Below the pieces are notes generated by a model. It did not search any database and had not been told where the DNA came from. It saw only the letters and a list, made by a program, of their open reading frames with translations. This document shows positions 54,705 to 64,000 of a DNA stretch of 64,000 nucleotides, one piece after another (position 1 is the first letter of the stretch; each line of letters begins with the position of its first letter). Source of the stretch: Eledone cirrhosa (lineage: Eukaryota); the NCBI GenBank assembly GCA_964016885.1, contig OZ024740.1:175088001-175152000 (forward strand), in the 5' to 3' direction. A program made the translations under genes and the position numbers.

Positions 54705-56410
54705 GGTTTCTGATTTAGTCACAAAGCCAACAATTTGGGGGGAGGAGAAAGGTGATTAAATCGACCCCAGTGCATTACTGGTACTTTATTTTATCGACCT
54801 TGTAAAGATGAAAGGCAAAGGCAACCTTGGTGGGATTTGAACTCAGAACGTTAAGGGCCAAGACTATGTTGCAAAGCATGTTGCACAACGATAATAATTG
54901 TTTCTATTTTTGCCACAAGGCCAGCAATTACCCCAGTGCATTACTGGTGCTTTATTCTATCGACCTCCTGTAAGGATGAAAGTTAACTTCGGCGGGATGT
55001 GAACTCAGACCGTAAAGGGCCGTAACTCCATGTTTCAAAGCATGGCGTCTGACCCTCTACCAATCCACTGTTTGCTGTTGTAGTTGCTGATGGCAACTTA
55101 CAAATTACACAACACTGGCCTGCTGCTGCTGGTGTCAGGAGGAGGAGACCATGGTGGAGGTTTGTTTCATAAGTATTTGTTTGATAATCATAAGAAAATA
55201 ATAATAATTGTTTCTACTTTTGGCACAAGGCCAGCAATTGCCCAGTGTATTACTGGTACTTTATTTTATCGACCCCATAAGGATGAAAAGCAAAGTTAAC
55301 CTCGGCGGGATATGAACTCAGAATGGCAATGGACGTAACTCAATGCGTCAAAGCATGGCGTCCGACACTCTACCGATACTGCCAATCCACCGCCCTTAAT
55401 AATAATAATTGTTTCTACTTTTGGCACAAGGCCAGCAATTACCCAGTGCATTACTGGTACTTTATTTTATCGACCCCGTAAGGATGAAAGGCAAAGTCAA
55501 CCTCGGCGGGATTTGAACTCAGATCGTAAAGGGACGTAACTATGCTGGAAAGCATGGCGTCCGACTCTACCGATACTGCCAATCCACCGCCCTTAATAAT
55601 AATAATAATAACTAGCTGGATCCGTGAAAATTCACGGATAATCCCCTCTCTAAATATATTAAAACCCCCTCTCTCTATATATAAACCCATCCCTTTCTCT
55701 ATATATTAAAACCACCCTCTCTCTATATATATATTAACCCTCCTTTCTCTCTATATATTACAACCCATCCCTTTCTCTATATTATAAACCCCTCTCTTTA
55801 AATATAGTATAACCCCCTTCTCTATATATAATAACCCATCCCTTTCTCTATATTATAACCCCATCTCTCTAAATATAGTATAACCCCCCTTTACTTTCCA
55901 AACGTTGCAACGCTCTTTGATTTACTTTCGCCGTAGATTTTCGTAGATGTTTTCACCCCACTCCTATTGTTTTAGCACGTCTCACGGACGTCATTCGACT
56001 TTTATTTATATTACTGAAAGCGTGACACTCACAGTCGGACGTACAGTACGTATGTATTAGCGTATTAATATATAGATGTTTCTACTTATGGCACAAGGCC
56101 AGCAATTATCCGAGTGCATTACTGATGCTTTATTTTATCGTAAGAATGAAAGGCAAAGTTAACCTCGGTGGGATTTGAACTCAGAGCGTAAAGTGCCATA
56201 ACTCCTACGCTGCAAAGCCTGGTGTCTGACACTCTACTGCCAACAACGGTTTCAAATTTAGGCACAAAGCCAGCAATTTGGGGCAAGGAGGGGGTGAGTC
56301 AGTTAAATCAATCCCAGTACTTGACTGCTACTTTATCAAGCCTGGAAGGATGAAAGGTAAAGTTGACCGTGACAGGATTTGAACTCAGAACATAAATAAA
56401 TTCTGCCACT
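54705..56410 (-). mobile_element. Head-to-tail array of about six S1 SINEs interrupted by a Helitron
   Basis: Repeated AATTGTTTCTACTTTTGGCACAAGGCCAGC...GCCAATCCACCGCCC units joined through (TAA)n tails. Confidence 0.85.
55612..56076 (-). mobile_element. Non-autonomous Helitron with internal CT/TA minisatellite
   Basis: Minus strand A|TC...hairpin CCGTGAATTTTCACGG-ATCCAG-CTAG|T. No TSD; inserted at an A^T in a SINE tail. Confidence 0.85.
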
Positions 56411-56472
56411 CATCATCATCAACAAGAACAACAACATCAGCAACGACGGCGACGGTTTTTGTTGTCACCCAC

Positions 56473-56504
56473 CGAAATAATACAAATAAACAAAGACTGG
56501 GGAT
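56473..56504 (-). CDS. Candidate exon 3 (RSPVFVYLYYF)
   Basis: Very strong acceptor (poly-T then CTCTTTATTTGTAG), donor CG|GTGGGT, 32 nt, open in phase 2 matching exon 2. Confidence 0.42.
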
Positions 56505-56968
56505 CTACAAATAAAGAGAAAAAAAAGCTAATCATGTAACATTAAATCAGAGGTTATTAAACTTGTGGGGCCAAGTCATTTGAGACAGTATAAGGAAGGC
56601 GGAGGTGAGGGTGGAAAAGATAAAAGAAACGATGGATTTACATTGATTATGAACAAGAGTAAATAAGTAGAAAGATGAATGATTTAAAAGGAAAACGAAA
56701 ATGTTAGAAAGAGGGGTAGAAGAGAGAGAGGAGGGAGTAATAGAGGGGAAGGGGAAGGAGGGATAGAAGGGGTAGGGGAGACTGCCGCTAGACCAGAGCA
56801 TGTCAGAGCTCGAAGTTGAGAACAAACAACAGCATTATGTTTGTGTTTACACACACACACACGCCGAGGTTGTAATTCAGTACATTCTTGTTCTGCTCTG
56901 CCCTGCTGATTCTTCGTGAGTATTATGTTAACGTTACCACCGTATGTCGAATACTCAACCACCGACAC

Positions 56969-56994
56969 CTCGGCCTTTTGGCTATGATCAAATG
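56969..56994 (+). pseudogene. U2 snRNA 5' fragment (about nt 8-33)
   Basis: CTCGGCCTTTTGGCTATGATCAAATG versus conserved U2 CTCGGCCTTTTGGCTAAGATCAAGTG (24/26 identical). Confidence 0.8.
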
Positions 56995-57339
56995 GTAATT
57001 AATTAGTAGGTAGTTCAGGTGATAGAACAACTGAAATACTCATCATCGAAATCGACGGAGGAGTCATTTTTATTTTTTATTTTATATATATTGTTTCTAC
57101 TTTTTAGCACAAGGCCAGCAATTCGACCCCGTAAGGATGAAAGGCGAAGTTAACCTCAGCGGGATTTGAACTCGGATCATAAAGGGCCGTAGCTCTATAC
57201 TGCAAAGCATGGCGTCCGAGCACATAGAAGATGTGAGTTGTGATTGATATTGTATTGTTTAAATGACATTGAAAGAAGTGGTACGAAAGATGTCTTTTTC
57301 TATTACTGACCACTACCATCCTACCCAACTATCACATGT

Positions 57340-57680
57340 ACTCATTACTAGAACTATACCAAACACTAACTACTACAACTACCATGTTATTGTCATAGCA
57401 ACTACTAATACAACAACAACAACCAAGTTATGGACATCCTCTACAACACCCACCACTACGAATACAATCACAATTACTAAACATCAACACCGCCACCGTA
57501 TGACTACCACCACAAGCAGCAGTAACACCATAACCACAAATACAACCAATACAAACACCACCACAACTAACAAATACGTAACAATTATCACCACTACAAC
57601 TACAATGATAAGCACTTTCATAAATACCACCACCACCAGAATCAGAAAATACCACGATCACAACTACCATTACCAATAAC
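57340..57680. repeat. Degenerate (ACC/AAC)n low-complexity tract
   Basis: Trinucleotide-biased sequence giving a spurious Thr-rich ORF. Confidence 0.8.
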
Positions 57681-57914
57681 TGAACTACGCAGTAGATTTA
57701 ATGCATACAACACGAAATCACTAATATTGATTTCTTTAACTAAACCCCAAATTTCTAAGAAAACCATAGTGATGTATGTAGTAATATCTTTGCAAGCTGA
57801 GATGGCGATGTGGTTTCAATTCTCAGCCGAAGCCGAGTCTCTTTATTTAAACTACTGTCTGTGAAAGGAAAGCATACTCATTAATACATCGCATTTTCCA
57901 ATCTCCTTCATAAA

Positions 57915-58170
57915 ATAGATTTTATTTTTTAATCGTTTAGTCAGGATGGAGGAGAGTGGCCATAAACTCCTTCAGGGCTTCCGAAACAGGTGAGAGGAAA
58001 GCATCTTTAAACAGGAGACCTGACTCGAATGCTTGCAACAAAGTGGAATCAGTTAAAAGAACTCAAGGGCCAAGCGGTGGTATTAAATTGAGCAACATGT
58101 TAATTCTACCAAGTAGGTCACAACAAGATTTGAACTCTACGTAACAAGCCGAAACAAATACCTAACCCAT
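57915..58170 (-). mobile_element. Ancient SINE family S5
   Basis: Minus strand GGTATTTGTTTCGGC...GAGTTCAAATC head and CCTGACTAAACGATTAAAAAATAAAA end. Confidence 0.6.
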
Positions 58171-59189
58171 GACTGGTACTTTGTTTTACTAACCCCTAGA
58201 GGATGAAAGACAAAGTTGACTTCAAACGACGTTTGAAAGTTGATCTAAAGCGGGATTTGTGCCTAGTCGAAATAAATCTTACAAAGGAATGAAAAGATTT
58301 AACAAGTTCAAAAAGCCTCGACGTGGATACTCCAAGCTGCTAGATATAGCAGCCAAATCTTCTGATTATACCGTCTTAAAAAAATGGAAGGGCCACATAT
58401 GATAATGACGCTTTCATAAACAATGCTTGGAAAGTCTGCTCGGTGACGTGAGGTTAAACTACTGATGATAATACCAGATTGCAGAAGTGACACGCTGCTA
58501 ATCGGCTTAAAATTTTGCATCCACAGTGGTTGCTACTAGTAACTGATCAATAAGAAAAGGTTATAATAAAAAGGGAAAAAAGGCAAGATAATTTAAGGAA
58601 AGTTCTATAAGTACTGATTTCTAATTTAGGCAGAAGGCCAGCAAATTAAGGGGAAGGGAAACGTTGACTAAATCAACTTCAGTACTTGACTGGTACCTTA
58701 TTTTATCAACGCCGGAAGGATGGAATGCAAGGTTGACCTCGGCAGGATTTGAACTGCGAATGTAAAGAGCCACAATGATATTTTATCCGACATTCTACCA
58801 ATTCTGTTTTATGAATAACTAGCAGAAAAACCACTCTTCGGGTGGTTTTCTGCTAGCATGTGTAGTGTGTATATTGATATTATACGCAGGTATATATACA
58901 TGTAGATATGATACATCAAATAAAATCGTAATTGACAATATATAAAGAAATTGAACGAAGACTACACTGTCTTCTTTAATCAGTAACGTAATCCACGATA
59001 CATTAAAAATGACGATATTATTTATATATAAACTGCATTAGGAGAAAATTAGTATGTTTATTTACGCGATGGCCAACCGGAAGTGTTGACATTTCATAAA
59101 TTTTAAAGAAGTGAATCTTTAAATAAATAAAATATATTTAATCAACAGCCACGAAATTTAGTAGATAAATTATGTAATATTCATTCATT

Positions 59190-59375
59190 TGGATTGGCAG
59201 TATCGGTAGAGGGTCAGACACCATGCTTTCCAGCATAGTTACGTCCCTTTACGATCTGAGTTCAAATCCCGCCGAGGTTGACTTTGCCTTTCATCCTTAC
59301 GAGGTCGATAAAATAAAGTACCAGTAATGCACTGGAATAATTGATGGCCTTGTGCCAAAAGTAGAAACAATTATT
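59190..59375 (+). mobile_element. S1 SINE, full-length young copy
   Basis: Intact A box, B box, central block and tail. Confidence 0.9.
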
Positions 59376-59470
59376 TATTTATTCAAAGTAATCCAACTTA
59401 TTTTACAAACGGGATAAAAAAAAGATATTCTGGACGCTGTCCCGCACTCCTCCCTTTATTATAGTTAAGA

Positions 59471-60403
59471 CTGACAGTGGTACCCGGCGTTGCACGGGAT
59501 AAGGTATTTTGGAACGCGGGCCGCCAACAGACCTAATCGTGGAAAAACTGCATGCCTGGACAATATGTAAGGAAAATAAACCGAATACTCTGATGGCTGG
59601 ATAATCTTTAAGATTTTCCTCGATGAAGCAGAAAAAATGCAGGTTTTCACCTAATGTGGGCCCTGGGGATCATGAAAATGAATTTTTTTTATGTGCATAA
59701 TATGCCTTAAAATTTCGGAAAAATCGGCTAGATTTAACGCCTCAAAAAAGCCCTAAAAAGCTGGAAAAAATGAAGTTTTTCACCTAATGCGGGCCCTAGG
59801 CCATAAGAAAGTTGGATTTTCTTTGCTTACGGTATGAAGAAGAGACTGACTAATACATAGTTACAATTTCAAGAAAATCGGTCTGACGTAACGCCTCAAA
59901 AAACCCCTAAAAATCTTTAAAAAACGCATTTTTTCACCTAATGCAGGCCCTAGGAGATAAAAAAAAAAGTTGAATTTATGTGCATAACACTCCCTGAAAC
60001 ATAAGTAATACACAGGTAAAGTTTGAACAAAATCGGTTGGGTACTTCTCGAGTTTTAGGGATTCAAACTCACACACACACACACACACACACAGACATCC
60101 TCAGAGAAGTGACGTAATGCAGACAGCCAGACAGACAGATATTATAAGGCCACGACGTTATATGTATGTATCTATCTAAAAAGAGAAAGACTAAGAATTA
60201 TAGAGAGAGATTGGTAAATCGTTTAATGCGGTCTGGTCCCTAGGGCATTGAAAATTTGAAATTTATTTTGCTCAGAACACTCCCTGAAACATAAGTATTA
60301 CATGTGTAAAGTTTGAAAACAGTCGGTTTGGTGGTTCTCGAGTTTTAGGGATTCGAACTCACACACACACAGACACAGACATCCTCAGTTTTATATATAT
60401 AGA
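59471..60403 (-). mobile_element. Non-autonomous Helitron with duplicated 5' module
   Basis: 5' A|TCTATATATATAAAACTGAGG. 3' hairpin CCCGTGCAACGCCGGG-TACCACTG-TCAG (mutated CTAG). Homologous to 24596-25247. Confidence 0.82.
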
Positions 60404-60858
60404 TAATTTCTTTATTGGCCATAAGGGCCTACATATACGGGACAATACAATAGACAGGGACAGTGGGGGTTTACACATATAACGTGTAAAAAATATAAAT
60501 AATAACAAAATAAGGAAAATAGGTACAAGGCAAGATATTTTGAAGGGTAAGTTAATTGATTATATGATCCCCAAGAACTTGACTGGTACTTTATTTTAAA
60601 GGCAAAGTTCACCATGGCATGATTTGAACTTAGAACGACTGGGTTAGGTAGCCGGTAAACCCTAAAGAGACGCGTTTCACCAGTCCAAACCTTCTGATGT
60701 CTGTATCTGTTTATGTATTTACGTGTACTTGTGTGTGTATGTACCTAAAGCGTAACGTACGTTACGAACGGACGACTAAATGATTTTAACTTGTTTTTTA
60801 ACAATTGATGACGGAAAAGATTTCAAACTGTCTTAACTCAGGTCGCAGACACTCTTAC

Positions 60859-60876
60859 CGGCTACATAGCCTCTTC
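60859..60876 (-). CDS. Candidate 18-nt micro-exon 2 (RKRLCSR)
   Basis: Acceptor TTTTCGTACGTTTTATATAG, donor CG|GTAAGA, symmetric phase 2, 87-nt intron to exon 1. Confidence 0.55.
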
Positions 60877-60963
60877 CTATATAAAACGTACGAAAATAAA
60901 ATAAAAACTCAAGATAAAAATATATATCATCAAAGAAATGTCTCTAACGGGGTTGACACTTAC

Positions 60964-61073
60964 CTAGAGACAATCAAGAACCCCATAGATCCTGGAATAA
61001 CAATGGCCACTAAGAGCAAATGCTTCATTGCAGCTGTTACTTCCCAGCCAACAAACCGTTTACTGGGGCCCAT
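60964..61073 (-). CDS. Candidate first coding exon, signal peptide/anchor (MGPSKRFVGWEVTAAMKHLLLVAIVIPGSMGFLIVS)
   Basis: In-frame ATGs at 61073 and 61028 with an upstream stop. Hydrophobic core. Perfect donor AG|GTAAGT. Unique, relatively CpG-rich surroundings. Confidence 0.6.
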
Positions 61074-61827
61074 GTTCGTTACTCCCACGAACCTTTCATG
61101 ATGTAATAAGTGTCTTCACTAAGTTACATTAGTTCAAGATACATTAAAAGGTGTGTGTGAATCTAAGTAGAGTGGCCGGGTACACTCACTAAGTTTAATC
61201 AGTAATTCTGGCTAAAACAATTCATTTTACCTCAAGGATGTTGTATAGAAATATCAAATGTTTTTACAGTACTTGACCGGCATTTCATTTGGTAATCCTT
61301 CATATTAAGATCACAAACAGAATTCGGCAATTTCCGTGAGTGATGATATATTGGACCCGACGTTTCATGGGCAAATTTATAATATCTTATAGTATCGTGA
61401 TTTAATCTCAACGATGCAACAATTCCATTTTATTTCCAATATCTGATGTTATAAACTGATGAATATCATGTTGGTAATACTCTTTCAGTCATTACAACAC
61501 TGGTTATTACATCATGCACGACTCTTACACGTTCGGCCATTTCTTCAATATGGAAAGAATAGTCAGAGAGGGTCCGATTTTTCTTTACCATTCTATACAA
61601 TGAATAGTATACAAAGAAGAATTACGGAGTTTGCCAGAAGTGTCATTTTCACCTGTGAACATTTACGGTGATTACCGGAAGTTGTCTGATCTTAAAACGA
61701 AAGATTGCGCTTTATTTTAATAATACTTTTGGTCTATCAATCAAATTCGTAAACAAATTCAAACGGTATGAAGTGAATGGAAGGATGTTTGGTGGATGTG
61801 TCTAGCATATCAAATAATTATTCAGAG

Positions 61828-62043
61828 CAGGCATGTCAAACATGCTGCCCTTTACAAACACACTTAACGACCGGACACCCTTTTGCGCCCCAGCATACGA
61901 ACTGTGGAACTAGTACCCACTTACTCAGGCCGCTACTATTTATATGTAGTGGTCCAGCTCATTCTCGCCAGGGGGCGTCGTACTCTCGCACCACAGTAAT
62001 ATAAAATTAGTTTTAATGTGTGGCCCTCAGTTTGACATGCTTG
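61828..62043. mobile_element. hAT (Charlie-like) MITE
   Basis: TIR CAGGCATGTCAAAC/GTTTGACATGCTTG with 8-bp TSD ATTCAGAG/ATTTAGAG. Confidence 0.85.
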
Positions 62044-62344
62044 ATTTAGAGGCTCTCCTCTCTGGTATAATGAACCAACATGTTAGTATCAAATACTTGG
62101 TCACTTGGCGGAAGTTTGTGCGATACTCGAATATTTGATGTTACTTCCATTTCAGAACAGGATGAGTGATTTTTTTTTTAAAAACAAAATCTTGATTATA
62201 CAGATGTCTAAACAATGAGAAAGTACGGTAATTCTTTCAATACCACTCTGCCCGAAACTGCCTGTTTCTACACACACGCACAAAGAAAACCGGTGCTCAT
62301 ATATAAATTAGAGCCTTCTATCCTAATTTTAGAAACTGAATGAA

Positions 62345-62655
62345 AAAATGTATGACCACGTTCCCCGGGACTTGCTGTGGAAGGTTCTGCAGGAGTATGG
62401 GGTCGATGGTCAGCTTTTTGTTGCCCTGATATCTTTATACAAATGCCCGAGTATTTGTGTTTGGATAAATGGTGCTAAATCGGACTCCGCCAAGAGTGCG
62501 TATTGTCACTTCTCTTGTTAATTATTTTCATGAACAGGATTAACATGCGCAGTCGGGTTGGAAGTGGTAACACGACTGAAAGGTGTAAAATCAGTTGGCT
62601 GGAATTTGAAGGCGACATGGTGTTACTACCTAACTCGACAGAAGGTGATCTTTGA
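62345..62655 (+). mobile_element. RTE (Expander-like) RT fragment
   Basis: YDHVPRDLLWKVLQEYGVDG...LYKCPSICVWING overlaps in homology with 39277-39510. Confidence 0.8.
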
Positions 62656-63704
62656 TTTATCCTGAATAATTGATCCACAATTCTCAAATTGCTTGAGTAT
62701 GCGATAGCAATAAATATGGTGTAACGTTGAACTACGAGCTCAGAAAACCGATTTAACAAAACACAAACGTAATGCTTTAATAAACTCAAATTCGTAACAA
62801 ACTACCAAAGTAGTTTTTTTTTCAATAACAAAATTAAAACTGTTTTGCTATTGAAACAGACGGAGCTGCGTTAATAATTCTCTCTATACGTTAATGAAAT
62901 TAGATAATCTAAACTGAATTCTAATAAAATGCACACTTTAGCATGTTCTCACTTCCTAACATTGATTTTCTGTTATAAGAAACGTACAATCTGTGCAGCT
63001 AAGAGAATTTTACATGGGAATATATAAACAGACGCTGAGATGGAACAAGTTTAAATTATTCCTCTCTCAGCCACATGGTGGTTAGTGAGAAGTGACAATG
63101 TAAAAATAATTTTTTAGCCAGTGAGATGTATTAACTGTTTTGTTACCGCATTTCTGATGAAATACGACTTGTCTCTTTCAATTAATTTAAAAAATGGGAA
63201 AATTTAATTCAATAACAAACTTTTTTCATTGGTAAGCTAATGTTTAGAATATTAACTAAACAAAAAAATTTGGTAATTTTTTTTATTATTACACCCGTCC
63301 GAGACGGATGTTATTGAATTAGTTCTCAGGCGGAAAAAAACACTGAAAATTCGTAATTTATTATGGTTTTTGAACACCACATTCACAAAACTATAGAAAA
63401 AATAAATTTTACCTTCAAAATTCTTACTAAATCTATCAACTGACTATCCTTGCTTTTTGTTTTACTATTACTTACATCTCGGAGACATGTAATAAACAAA
63501 TTTAACACAATTTCTTATATGATGGAAGGTTTTAATATATGTATGAGTACTTTTGTATCATAAAACTAGAACGGTTTCAGCCGGATTAGTAACAAAATTT
63601 TGAAATGCTATTGTTTTGCTCTTGAAACAGACGGAGCTGCGTTAATATATACTCAGTATTGAAATTTATTAAACATTTATGGCACCTGTGCTGAATTTGA
63701 ATTA

Positions 63705-63800
63705 CCAGATTTGTTTGAATATACATTGACTGTTTACAGCATTCCACTAAGCAATGTCAAGGTTGAAAGAGTATTTTCCAGAGTAAACACCACCAACACA
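63705..63800 (+). pseudogene. hAT transposase C-terminal dimerisation-domain remnant
   Basis: SIPLSNVKVERVFSRVN matches the hATC S-x-P-x-S-N-x-x-x-E-R-x-F-S motif. Confidence 0.6.
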
Positions 63801-64000
63801 CTCTGTCGTCTGCCGTTTCCGTTCTTTCCTAACAACAACGTCAACACATTGCTTGGTAAAGAATCATTCTCTCTTATGTACAAACACATACACCAGGTCC
63901 GAACACAAAGGAACCAAACTGTCACTGGCAGCAAATGGGGGGCCCCGGCGGACTGAATTGAGGATAGTGACGGAGACGCGTTGGAAAAGTCATTCCAGCT

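Noticed and set aside
57263-57679. Thr-rich mucin-like ORF
   Set aside because: Degenerate (ACC/AAC)n low complexity with no signal peptide or splice support.
40434-58144. ORFs 40434-40622 (-) and 57956-58144 (+) look like paralogous terminal exons, with similar peptides, aligned stops and acceptor-like starts
   Set aside because: Four more copies occur in the window, some with frameshifts or early stops, and the opposite strand has a tRNA B box and A-rich tail. They are antisense SINE copies.
57770-59120. Additional exon-like segments at about 57860, 58475-58545 and 59065-59115 (minus strand)
   Set aside because: Weak or missing donor or acceptor, or stops in the required phase; not distinguishable from chance.
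56473-61073. GPCR reading of exons 1-3 (PGS in TM1, potential LxxxD in TM2), or a cadherin reading of other exons
   Set aside because: No further TM3-TM7 exons or LDRE/DXNDN motifs could be found, so the family is left unassigned.

Overview
AT-rich, repeat-dense animal genomic DNA. The SINE, RTE and microsatellite content resembles an octopus/cephalopod genome; that is my inference, with no database search. There are no prokaryotic features. Most listed ORFs are microsatellite or antisense-repeat artefacts. Real content: (1) two near full-length RTE-clade LINEs on the minus strand, one young with only two frameshifts, plus RTE and CR1/L2 fragments; (2) an internally deleted DD37D (maT-type) Tc1/mariner element, three non-autonomous Helitrons, hAT and TTAA-flanked MITEs, and at least four SINE families; (3) at least four unrelated families of non-coding fold-back elements, always embedded in (TA)n tracts, each carrying a type I hammerhead ribozyme core with a palindromic stem III (Penelope pLTR/retrozyme-like). 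One sits in a perfect 423-bp palindrome with an apparently complete hammerhead; (4) a candidate minus-strand host gene missed by the ORF track, with a signal-peptide exon at 61 kb, micro-exons, and 3' exons reading as a CUB-like domain plus a C-terminal TM anchor over about 44 kb; (5) a U2 snRNA 5' fragment fused to an unexplained purine-rich segment. All calls were made by eye; boundaries of old repeats are approximate.
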